Part shown: positions 29,525 to 37,687 of the stretch, piece by piece | Position numbering within the stretch: position 1 is the stretch's first letter | Layout of the letters: every line of letters begins with the position of its first letter | Assembly: GCA_964533955.1 (NCBI GenBank) | Contig: CAZHQA010000001.1 | Coordinates: forward strand, 44-64,043 | DNA length: 64,000 bases | From: an uncultured Reyranella sp. | Lineage (GTDB): Bacteria > Pseudomonadota > Alphaproteobacteria > Reyranellales > Reyranellaceae | Direction: 5' to 3' | The notes under the pieces: model-generated | Database searches by the model: none | Told to the model about the DNA's origin: nothing | The model's input: only the letters and a program-made list of their open reading frames with translations | Translations under genes and position numbers: made by a program

Positions 29525-30757
29525 TCAACCCTCGCCGCGCACGAGATCGTACGGGTCCCGCCGACTGGCGCGCCAGGTCGGATAGAACGCGCCCGCCGCG
29601 CCGATGACGCAGGCGAGCATGACGGCGGCGACGGCGACGGCAACGGTGCGTGGTGTGTCGAGCCAGATGAAGGGCACGCCGATATGCTCGAGATAGTAGA
29701 CCAGCGAGTGTTCGTAGACGCGCATCGCCAGGGTACCCAGCACCACGCCGATGACGCCGCCGATTCCGGTGGCGATCACCGCCTCGATGATCATCATGCC
29801 GACGACCTGGGAACGCCGTGCGCCGATCGCCTTCAGGAGGCCGAGTTCGGAGCGGCGTTCGGTGACGATCGCGGAGAACAGCACGCTGACCATGAGGGCC
29901 GTGCTCGCGAACATCAGCACCATGAGGGCAAGGATCCCATCGAGCAGCGCCGCAAGTCCCTGGCGGATGCCGCTCATCGTCGAATCGCCGGTGACGACCT
30001 TGACCCCCTTCAGTGTCGAGAGGATCGCGAAGCGGGCCTGCAGCGGCGTTGCCGCCGGGGCGAGTTCGACGAGGAAGCCGCTCACCTTGTCCTGTTTCAA
30101 GGCGACGGGCGCCCCCGCGTGCCCATCCAGGGATCCGGCCAGCGCCGCGAGGGTGTCGAACGTCATGAAGACGCCGCGCTCATGCGTGCCGACTCCGGTG
30201 CGTCCCAACCGGCCGTAGACGACATGCGGCTTGCCGAAGATCAGGAGTTGGGAGCCGAGCGGGGTCTCCCGCCCGGCGCCCAGGATGACGTCGCCCGGCT
30301 GCATGTCGCGGTTGATCTTTTCAACCAGCCAGGGCCGGATCGTGAAATCGAGCCTCGGATCGAAACCGATCAGATCGACCGAGTCGTGATGGTCGCCGAT
30401 CCCCGAATGCTCGACCCGAACGATCTTCTGGGGTGCCGCCCGTCCCACGCTTGCCAGGCCCGCTTTTGCGAAGATGTCGGCATCGAGCGCGAGATCGCTC
30501 GGTTCGACCACGAGCAGCGCCGCGGTGATGTTGGTGAGCGCGCCCTCCGGCACCACCATCATGTCCGCGCCCATCCGGGTCAGGCCCGTGGCCATGCTGT
30601 CGTCGATGCTGCGCATAAGGGTCGCGCCGGTGAAGACCCCGCCGGTGGCAACCGCGACGGCGGCGATCAGCAGGAAGCTGCGGGCTTTGCGCCGCCCGAG
30701 ATTCTGCAGGGCCAGGCTGGCGAGCAGCCAGCGCAGGCCGCGGCGATCAGCGGCCAT
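29525..30757 (-). CDS. ABC transporter permease, FtsX/MacB type
   Basis: TM1, then a periplasmic domain of about 220 aa, then three C-terminal TM segments with LLKAIGARRSQV (FtsX-family signature). GGAGG lies upstream of ATG 30757. Confidence 0.88.
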   Translation of the reverse strand: MAADRRGLRWLLASLALQNLGRRKARSFLLIAAVAVATGGVFTGATLMRSIDDSMATGLTRMGADMMVVPEGALTNITAALLVVEPSDLALDADIFAKAGLASVGRAAPQKIVRVEHSGIGDHHDSVDLIGFDPRLDFTIRPWLVEKINRDMQPGDVILGAGRETPLGSQLLIFGKPHVVYGRLGRTGVGTHERGVFMTFDTLAALAGSLDGHAGAPVALKQDKVSGFLVELAPAATPLQARFAILSTLKGVKVVTGDSTMSGIRQGLAALLDGILALMVLMFASTALMVSVLFSAIVTERRSELGLLKAIGARRSQVVGMMIIEAVIATGIGGVIGVVLGTLAMRVYEHSLVYYLEHIGVPFIWLDTPRTVAVAVAAVMLACVIGAAGAFYPTWRASRRDPYDLVRGEG

Positions 30758-30772
30758 GTCCTCCGGACCGCA

Positions 30773-32593
30773 TCACAGCGTGCATGATCGCGTATGCTTC
30801 ATGTGCTCGAGCTTGGTCGGGATGATCACGCAGTCGTGGTGGCCGCCGTTGCTCGGCAGGATGCCGATCAACGTGTCCGTCGACGTGTCGATGACGGCGA
30901 TGCCGCTCGACTGCCGCTGAAAGCCGCTGAACGGCGTCAGCACGTACTTGCCGTCGTAGGTAATCGCGGGCGTCTGCAGGTCCGGGCCGATGCCCTGGAT
31001 TTCCTTCAGGATCGTCCAGGTCTTGGTGTCGACCACCATGATGCCGCTGAACGCGGGCGACGGATGCAGGATGGACAGGTAGAGCTTGGAGGCGTCCATC
31101 GAGAAGACCATGTGGAAGGGATTGGGGTACTTGCCGCGCCACAGCGGGTCCTCGACATGGGCCACCTTGCGCCACTTCGTCGGGTCGGGATCGCTGCAGC
31201 TGAAGATCGAGCAGTTGTTTTCCCTGAGGTTGTTCATCATCACCAGGAACCTGCCGTCGGGTGAGAAGCCGATCTCGTGGCCCGGCGAGTGGATCTTGTC
31301 GAACACCACCTTCCAGGTGTCCTTGTCGACCTGCTCGACCGGATACTGGTCCTGCGAGTCCTTGTTGAACTGCAGGAACGCGACCGGATCGAAGTTCTTC
31401 TCCGGGTCGAGAATGCAGATGCCGCCGCACAGGCGCACCACGGTCGCGGCCCAGCGGCCTTCGGGATGCCAGATCGTGCCGTCGGCGCCGGTCAGCGACA
31501 GCGGCGCTGCACCCGGCAGCGAGCCTTCCTCGACGAAAAGCTCGCCCATCGGCACCATTTCCCAGTCGATCTTGTTGCCCTTGGTGCCCCGGTAGTCGTA
31601 AAGGCCGGTCGTCTTGTCGGGATGGATCTTGCTGATGGTAAGCGTGCCGCCCTTGATCCAGGCATCGCGCAGGTCGGCGACGTTCGGCGCCCAGTCGAAT
31701 TTCAGGGCCGCCTTCACTTTCGACGTGGTTCGGTCGAAGCAGGCGGCGATGTCCTTCTGCCCATCGGTGACGAAATAGGACTGTGCGTCCTTCGGATTGA
31801 CCGTCACGTGCACGCCAAGGCCGAGGCCGGTGCTTTCCGAGACATTCTCAACCAGTTGCATCTGCGTGCCGTCGTAGCGCACGCGATAGATGTTGGTACC
31901 GGGCTCCGGCTCCTCGATGGCGGTGGGAATGCCGTAGATCAGTGAGTTCTTGCCGCCCTGCGTGCTGTTGACGAATTCGAATCCATTGTACGGATCGGAA
32001 CTCGGGAACGCGCAAAGATGATGGCTGATGGGGCTGTAGTCGCCGTAGTTCCAGTACCAGATCGACGCCAGCACCCGGTTCGAGTTGAGATCGATGGCGT
32101 AGGTGCCGCCGCCCATCTTGGTCGGCAACAGCGCCACCCATTTGCCCAGGCTCTGGCCGCGCAAATCGGCTGCGTTGTCGGTGACTTCGCGGACGATGGG
32201 GTGCCGCTGCGGTTCGGTGGAGGTCGTATTGGCCTGGCGAACGCCATTGTCCGAGGCGGAGTCGCCGCCCAACATGTTGTAGCCGACCAGACCGGCTTCG
32301 GCGACGACGGCCGTTCCGGCCGCAGCGCCAAGGAGCGTCCGACGGCTGAACCGACGACGCCGCTCCGTTGTCGGCGCGAGCGCTCTGATCCTTCTGGCGT
32401 CGGCTTCCTTCTTCGCGAGCAGGTAGGCCTGGAAGTCCTCGCGATCCCTTTCGGCGACTTCGTCGCGCCGTCTGATGAACGCCTCGACCGGGCTCCGGTG
32501 CGGCGGAAGATCCGTCGGCTCTGCCACGAGCTTGGCTTTGAGCGCGTCGCGCGCCGCCTGCCTGGACTTCGATTTGTTCGATCGCTTACCCAT
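30773..32593 (-). CDS. Tat-exported His-rich beta-propeller protein, putative copper enzyme of the thiocyanate dehydrogenase / NosZ-CuZ-domain type
   Basis: ATG 32593 is preceded by AAGGGGGA. Twin-arginine signal ERRRRFSRRTLLGAAAGTAVVA sits after a charged extension of about 77 aa. Repeated blade-like segments are present. His motifs are SPISHHLCAFP, GVHVT, HSPGHEIGF, NPFHMVF and GGHHDCV (about 20 aa from the C terminus). CDS confidence is high; the functional family is a hypothesis. Confidence 0.85.
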   Translation of the reverse strand: MGKRSNKSKSRQAARDALKAKLVAEPTDLPPHRSPVEAFIRRRDEVAERDREDFQAYLLAKKEADARRIRALAPTTERRRRFSRRTLLGAAAGTAVVAEAGLVGYNMLGGDSASDNGVRQANTTSTEPQRHPIVREVTDNAADLRGQSLGKWVALLPTKMGGGTYAIDLNSNRVLASIWYWNYGDYSPISHHLCAFPSSDPYNGFEFVNSTQGGKNSLIYGIPTAIEEPEPGTNIYRVRYDGTQMQLVENVSESTGLGLGVHVTVNPKDAQSYFVTDGQKDIAACFDRTTSKVKAALKFDWAPNVADLRDAWIKGGTLTISKIHPDKTTGLYDYRGTKGNKIDWEMVPMGELFVEEGSLPGAAPLSLTGADGTIWHPEGRWAATVVRLCGGICILDPEKNFDPVAFLQFNKDSQDQYPVEQVDKDTWKVVFDKIHSPGHEIGFSPDGRFLVMMNNLRENNCSIFSCSDPDPTKWRKVAHVEDPLWRGKYPNPFHMVFSMDASKLYLSILHPSPAFSGIMVVDTKTWTILKEIQGIGPDLQTPAITYDGKYVLTPFSGFQRQSSGIAVIDTSTDTLIGILPSNGGHHDCVIIPTKLEHMKHTRSCTL

Positions 32594-32724
32594 GCGAAGT
32601 CCCCCTTGTCGTGGCTTCGCGATATTAGAGGGGGCCGCGTTCGGCGAATCAAGTTCGGTGGATACTCGCGAATCGTCGAAACGCTTTGTGGACCGGCGAC
32701 CCCGACGCATGCTCAACTTTGCAA

Positions 32725-33420
32725 ATGGACTATGCGGTCATCATCAGCGCGATTGTCCTTGGCCTTTCCGTGCTGGCGACGGCAGCCAAGTTTCTCGACT
32801 GGTTCCTCCATTCGGACCCCAAGACCATGGTGCGGACCATGCGCTGGATGGTCGTGCTTCTGGTCATAGTCGCCGTTCCGCTGCTCATCATGATGATCGT
32901 CCGCGAGCAGTGGGTCGGCGCGATGCTGCTGGGTGCTGCCGCTCTCGTCGTTCCGACATTCCTGAAATGGCGTACTGTGCTGGCGCCGCTGCGCGCCGCG
33001 TTCGGCCAGATTCGACCGAAGGCGCGTCGGTTCGAGATGCCGCCTGTCTGGCAGGACGACAGGGACATCGATCCCGACACGGTGCATCGCGCGGCCACCA
33101 TCCTCGAAGCCTACGTGAGCCGAGGTGGGCGCCGGGCGCCGACGGAGCTGCAAGGGTTGGACGACGCTATCGGAGGCAATGCGGGCTTGACGGCGAAAGA
33201 GGCGCTCGACGTGCTGGGTCTGCCTGACGGCGCGGACGTTGCCGCCGTGCATGCCGCGCACCGCCGGCTGATGCGGATGGTCGACCCCGATACGGGCGGT
33301 TCCCCCTACCTGGCGGCGAGGGTCGACGAGGCGCGCGACCTGCTGATCGACGCGCTGCGTCGCCGCGGGCGGCCGACCGCCGTCGGCATGGCTATGCCCA
33401 AGCGGCTGCCGACACGCTAG
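32725..33420 (+). CDS. membrane protein with C-terminal J-like domain (HPD replaced by DPD)
   Basis: ATG 32725 (MDYAVIISAIVLGL). Three hydrophobic segments are followed by LTAKEALDVLGLPDGADVAAVHAAHRRLMRMVDPDTGGSPYLAARVDEARDLL, a J-domain pattern with D instead of H in the HPD tripeptide. Confidence 0.7.
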   Translation: MDYAVIISAIVLGLSVLATAAKFLDWFLHSDPKTMVRTMRWMVVLLVIVAVPLLIMMIVREQWVGAMLLGAAALVVPTFLKWRTVLAPLRAAFGQIRPKARRFEMPPVWQDDRDIDPDTVHRAATILEAYVSRGGRRAPTELQGLDDAIGGNAGLTAKEALDVLGLPDGADVAAVHAAHRRLMRMVDPDTGGSPYLAARVDEARDLLIDALRRRGRPTAVGMAMPKRLPTR

Positions 33421-33466
33421 TTTTTCGCGATCGGGCGAAATCGGATTTCAAGGCAGGATCACAGCC

Positions 33467-34501
33467 ATGCGCATTTTCACATCGTTGCCCCAGCAGAACC
33501 TGAGCAGGGTTCCCGCCGCCGCCCAGGCGATCGAGGCGGCTGGTTACACCGGCGTCACCACGCAGGAAAACAAGCACGACCCGTTCCTGGCGCTGGCTGT
33601 CGCGGGCGCGGCGACCAAGCGCATCGAGCTGCACACCAGCGTGGCGATCGCTTTCGCGCGCTCGCCCATGACCTGTGCCAATGTCGGATGGGACCTCGCG
33701 GCCTCCACCGGCGGGCGCTTTACGCTTGGCCTCGGCAGCCAGGTTCGCGCGCACAACGAGCGCCGCTTCTCCGTGCCGTGGTCGCCGCCGGCGCCGCGCA
33801 TGCGCGAATACGTCCAGGCGATCCGCGCAATCTGGGCGGCGTGGAAAGGCGGCGGCAAGCTCAACTACGAAGGCAAGCACTACAGGTTCACCCTGATGAC
33901 GCCCAACTTCACGCCGGAACCTTATGATGGCCCGACCCCTCGCATCGGGATGGCGGCTGTCGGTCCGCTGACGCTGAAGGTGGCGGCCGAGGAGGCCGAC
34001 AGCGTCAAGCTTCATTCCTTCTGCACGCGCAAGTACCTCGAGGAGAACACGCTGCCGATCATCGAGGCCGGGCTCGCCACGTCGGGCCGCAAGCGTCAGG
34101 ATTTCGAGATCACCGGCGGAGGCTTCATCGTCACCGGCAAGGACGACGCTGAAGTGGCCAAGCTGTTCGACTGGGTACGCTACCGCGTGGCGTTCTACGG
34201 CTCGACGCAGGCGTACTGGCCGGTGTTCGAGGCGCACGGCCTGGGCGACCTCGGCCGCAAGCTCAACGCCATGACCCGGGCGGGCCAGTGGACCGAGATG
34301 GCGAAGGAAGTGTCGGACGACGTTGTCCTTCTCTTCGCGGCGGTCGGCCGTTTCGACCAGATCGCCAAGGCGATCGAGCAGCGATTCGGAGGGCTGGTGG
34401 ATGCGGTGAGTTCGGCCTCCAACGCCGCGCGGCCGTCCGACCTGCCGGCTGACCTGATTCAGGACATCATCCGCATTCCCACGCCCTATCGGGCCCATTA
34501 G
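33467..34501 (+). CDS. luciferase-like monooxygenase (LLM) class oxidoreductase
   Basis: AAGYTGVTTQENKHDPFLALAVAGAATKRIELHTSVAIAFARSPM and GGRFTLGLGSQVRAHNERRFSVPW are typical of the LLM family, in the subgroup usually annotated as F420-dependent. Confidence 0.85.
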   Translation: MRIFTSLPQQNLSRVPAAAQAIEAAGYTGVTTQENKHDPFLALAVAGAATKRIELHTSVAIAFARSPMTCANVGWDLAASTGGRFTLGLGSQVRAHNERRFSVPWSPPAPRMREYVQAIRAIWAAWKGGGKLNYEGKHYRFTLMTPNFTPEPYDGPTPRIGMAAVGPLTLKVAAEEADSVKLHSFCTRKYLEENTLPIIEAGLATSGRKRQDFEITGGGFIVTGKDDAEVAKLFDWVRYRVAFYGSTQAYWPVFEAHGLGDLGRKLNAMTRAGQWTEMAKEVSDDVVLLFAAVGRFDQIAKAIEQRFGGLVDAVSSASNAARPSDLPADLIQDIIRIPTPYRAH

Positions 34502-34512
34502 AGAAACGAATC

Positions 34513-34947
34513 ATGACGCCGACCGTCTCGTGGCTGCCGTGGGCGCTCGCCTCGGCGGCCTTCGCCGCTCTCACGGCGATCTTCGGCAAGGTCGGCGTCG
34601 CCAGCATCAACGCCGATCTCGGAACTCTGATCCGTACGGTCGTGATCTTGGCGGTGCTTGCCGGCGTCGTGACGGCGACAGGTCAATGGCAGGGGCCGGA
34701 GGCGATTCCGGGCCGGACCTGGCTGTTCCTGGTTCTGTCGGGCCTCGCGACCGGCGCGTCGTGGCTTTGCTATTTCCGCGCGCTGAAGATCGGCGATGCC
34801 GGCCGCGTGGCGCCGATCGACAAGCTGAGCGTCGTCCTGGTCGCGCTGTTCGGCGTCGTCTTCCTGGGCGAGCGTCTGAGCGGGCTCAACTGGCTGGGTG
34901 TCGCCCTGATCGCACTGGGCGCGCTTCTGGTGGCTGCCAGGGCATAG
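34513..34947 (+). CDS. EamA-domain (DMT superfamily) small transporter
   Basis: 144 aa with four to five TM segments (WALASAAFAALTAIFGKVG, LSVVLVALFGVVFLGERLS). Confidence 0.75.
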   Translation: MTPTVSWLPWALASAAFAALTAIFGKVGVASINADLGTLIRTVVILAVLAGVVTATGQWQGPEAIPGRTWLFLVLSGLATGASWLCYFRALKIGDAGRVAPIDKLSVVLVALFGVVFLGERLSGLNWLGVALIALGALLVAARA

Positions 34948-34982
34948 TGGAAACTCGCTTCCTGCAACTCATGGCATGGAAG

Positions 34983-35009
34983 AAAAAGCCCCCGCCTTGC
35001 GGCGAGGGC
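34983..35009 (-). terminator. intrinsic terminator of the F0 ATP synthase operon
   Basis: The minus strand reads GCCCTCGCC-GCAA-GGCGGGGGC-TTTTTCTTCC. That is a 9-bp stem with one mismatch and a U-tract, about 50 nt downstream of the atpF stop. Confidence 0.65.
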
Positions 35010-35058
35010 CCCAGGTAGCCCGCGATTGCTTTTGTGCGGGCGATTGGAAACCGAAAGA

Positions 35059-35601
35059 TCAGTGCAGGCGTCGCGGCAGCTCGGCGATCGCCTGGTCGAC
35101 CAGGCTCCCGGCGTTGCCGGAGCCGACCTGCTCGCGGAGCAGCGCGCGAGTGGCGGCGAGCGCCACGTCGACCGCTGTGTCGCGAACGTCCTTGGTCGCG
35201 GCGGCCTCGGCCTGGGCGATGCGGTCCTTGGCCTGCTGCTGGCGCAGCGCAACCACGGTCTCGAGGTGCTGGGCGGCACGCGCCTGCATGCGCTGCACTT
35301 CCTCGCGGGCCTGCGCCAGGATCGCCTGGGCCTCGGCAGTGGCCTGAGCCAAGGTGCGCTCGGCGTCGGCCTTGGCCTTCAGCGCGTCGGCGCGAAGGCG
35401 CTCGGCGTCGGAGATCGATTTGGCGATCGATTCGGATCGCTTGTCGAGACCGCTCTTGATGCCTCCCCAGATCTTGCGACCGGCAAGGGCGACGAAAATC
35501 AGGAAAGCAATGCCGACCCAGAAGGTCGGATCGGAAAAGATGCCGCCGTGGCCGGCGTCATGACTGCCCTCGGCCGCCCAAGCGGTGCCAATGCCGAACA
35601 T
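35059..35601 (-). CDS. atpF: F0F1 ATP synthase subunit b
   Basis: N-terminal TM FWVGIAFLIFVALAG, then a long Ala/Glu/Arg-rich helix. It is positioned after b' and c. Confidence 0.9.
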   Translation of the reverse strand: MFGIGTAWAAEGSHDAGHGGIFSDPTFWVGIAFLIFVALAGRKIWGGIKSGLDKRSESIAKSISDAERLRADALKAKADAERTLAQATAEAQAILAQAREEVQRMQARAAQHLETVVALRQQQAKDRIAQAEAAATKDVRDTAVDVALAATRALLREQVGSGNAGSLVDQAIAELPRRLH

Positions 35602-36167
35602 CAGCCGCTCCTCTTCATCGCCGAGGCGACCTTGGCATTGAGCGTGCCGGCATCGGCCGGCTGGCCGACGAGCCTGGCATAGGCGCTCTGCGCCACCTCA
35701 ATGGCCATCTGCTCGAGCCCGCTCAGCGCATTGGCTCGCTGCTCGCCGATGTGCTTTTCCGCCTCGGCGATCTGCGCACCGATCCGCTCGTTGAGCTGGG
35801 TCAGGCGGGCCGTGGCGGCGGCGGCATCGGCCTCCTCGCGCTCACGGGTCAGCCCGCGCGCGCCCTCGCGGGCGGAGACGAGCTTCTGGTTATAGGCCTC
35901 GATGGCCGCACGCGCGTCCTCGTTGGCTTTCTCGGCCGCCGCGAGGTCGCCTGAGATCTTGGCATCGCGGGCCTGCAACGTGGCGGCGATGCGCGGCACG
36001 GCGATCGACGACATCAACAGGTAAAAGACGGCGAACAGGATCGCCAGCCACACGAGCTGGGGAAGCATGTCCTCCGGAACGAGCTGCGGCATGCTGCCGG
36101 CGGCGAATGCGCCGCCGGGCAACAAGATCGCGGCTGCAAATGCGAACGCCTTTGCCGCCGGACGCAT
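35601..36167 (-). CDS. atpF2: F0F1 ATP synthase subunit b'
   Basis: ATG 36167 (MRPAAKAFAF), TM LVWLAILFAVFYLLMSS, then a coiled helix. Its stop overlaps the atpF start by 1 nt. Confidence 0.85.
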   Translation of the reverse strand: MRPAAKAFAFAAAILLPGGAFAAGSMPQLVPEDMLPQLVWLAILFAVFYLLMSSIAVPRIAATLQARDAKISGDLAAAEKANEDARAAIEAYNQKLVSAREGARGLTREREEADAAAATARLTQLNERIGAQIAEAEKHIGEQRANALSGLEQMAIEVAQSAYARLVGQPADAGTLNAKVASAMKRSG

Positions 36168-36188
36168 GTCGAGGTGAACCCGCAAGTG

Positions 36189-36416
36189 CTAGAGCACGAA
36201 CAGGAGCAGCAGCGCCACGACCAGGCCGAACAGGCCGGTCGCTTCGGCGAGCGCGAAGCCCAGGATCACGTTGGCGAACACGCGCGGCGCCTGCTCGGGA
36301 TTGCGGAACGAGCCGGAGATGTAGGCGGCGAAGATGTTGCCGATGCCGACGCCGGCGCCCGCCAGGGCGATACTGGCGAGGCCTGCACCGATCATTTTTG
36401 CTGCTGCGGGATCCAT
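36189..36416 (-). CDS. atpE: F0F1 ATP synthase subunit c
   Basis: 75-aa hairpin protein with [10 protein letters not shown] and the carboxylate-bearing helix [20 protein letters not shown]. Confidence 0.95.
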   Translation of the reverse strand: MDPAAAKMIGAGLASIALAGAGVGIGNIFAAYISGSFRNPEQAPRVFANVILGFALAEATGLFGLVVALLLLFVL

Positions 36417-36468
36417 ATTCAGTCCTTCTCTAGGTTGGATGGGTTGATGGCTGAAGGCTTCGATGCGC

Positions 36469-37197
36469 TCAGTGATGCAGATGGAGCGCGTCGTTGAGAT
36501 AGAGGCAGGTCAGGATGGCGAAGACATAGGCCTGCAGGCAGGCGACCAGCACCTCGAGCGCGAAGAAGGCCGAGGTGAAGATCAGTGGCAGCCAGCCGAA
36601 CAGGAGGCCCATCATGATGACGAAGCCTGCGAATACCTTGAGCATGATATGGCCGGCCAGCATGTTGGCGAACAAGCGGACCGAGAGCGTCAGTGGCCGG
36701 ATCAGGTAGGAAATGACCTCGATGGGCACCAGGATCGGCATCAGCCAGAGCGGCACGCCCTTGGGCGCGAAGAACGAGAAAAAGTGCACGCCGTGCTTGA
36801 TGAAGGCGATGATGGTCACGCCGATGAATACGAAGGCGGCCATGGCAAAGGTGACGATGATGTGGCTGGTCGGCGTGAAGGAATAGGGGATCAGGCCGAG
36901 CGCGTTGCAGCCCAGCACGAAGAGGAACAGGGTGAGGACGAAGGGGAAATACTTCTTTCCGCCCTCGCCGACATTGTCGCTCACCATCTTGGCAATGAAC
37001 TCGTAGCCGGTCTCGGCGACACCCTGCAGGCGCCCCGGGACCAGCGCCTGGCGTCGAATGCCATAGACGAAGATGAAGGCCATCAGCGCGATGGCGAGGG
37101 TCATCCACAGAGCGGCGTTGGTGTAGGAGACATCGAGCCCGCCAAGATGCAGCGGGATCAACCGCTCGATCTTGAACTGCTCCATCGGATTGTGCAT
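36469..37197 (-). CDS. atpB: F0F1 ATP synthase subunit a
   Basis: Conserved [13 protein letters not shown] (essential Arg) and a multi-TM profile. Length 242 aa. Confidence 0.95.
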   Translation of the reverse strand: MHNPMEQFKIERLIPLHLGGLDVSYTNAALWMTLAIALMAFIFVYGIRRQALVPGRLQGVAETGYEFIAKMVSDNVGEGGKKYFPFVLTLFLFVLGCNALGLIPYSFTPTSHIIVTFAMAAFVFIGVTIIAFIKHGVHFFSFFAPKGVPLWLMPILVPIEVISYLIRPLTLSVRLFANMLAGHIMLKVFAGFVIMMGLLFGWLPLIFTSAFFALEVLVACLQAYVFAILTCLYLNDALHLHH

Positions 37198-37230
37198 CGC
37201 GCCCCAGACTCCCGCCTTAACTCGCCCCGA

Positions 37231-37581
37231 CTACTTTTCCCGGCCGCTCTCGGCGTCCTTCGCATACGTCCTGATCGCCCGCCATGCGTTGCTCATGCCG
37301 CCGGCAAAACCAAGGACGGTCATGGCCACCAGCATGTAGGGTCGAGATCCCCACCAGCGGTCGAGCCAATAACCGAGAAATCCCCCGACCAAAAGGCCCG
37401 CGATCATATCCACCAACACGCGATAGGCAACGTTGGTCTGGCGCTGCGACATTCCGCTGCCCTGGCTCGGTTTTGCCGCCGTGCCTCGTGCCGCCTTCAG
37501 TCGCGCGTCCAGCTCGTCGATCCGTCGTCGATCGCCGTCGGGATCATGGTCCTTTCCGGCATTCCGAGAGGGATTGTCCAT
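37231..37581 (-). CDS. atpI: ATP synthase protein I (AtpI/AtpZ-like)
   Basis: Small two-TM protein (LVDMIAGLLVGGFLGYWLD, YMLVAMTVLGFAGG) immediately upstream of atpB. Confidence 0.75.
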   Translation of the reverse strand: MDNPSRNAGKDHDPDGDRRRIDELDARLKAARGTAAKPSQGSGMSQRQTNVAYRVLVDMIAGLLVGGFLGYWLDRWWGSRPYMLVAMTVLGFAGGMSNAWRAIRTYAKDAESGREK

Positions 37582-37687
37582 CTGCCTACGCGCCCGGACG
37601 ACGAGGTTCTTCGCCCCGCCGCCCGATGGCGGGCGGATGTCTAGGGGCTGGGCTGGACCCTGTCAAGGAACCGATTCCCGTTGCCGC

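Noticed and set aside
30773-32593. Calling the beta-propeller protein nitrous-oxide reductase NosZ
   Set aside because: There is no C-terminal cupredoxin/CuA domain and no nosR/nosDFYL genes nearby. The ABC transporter is FtsX/MacB type, not the NosFY type.
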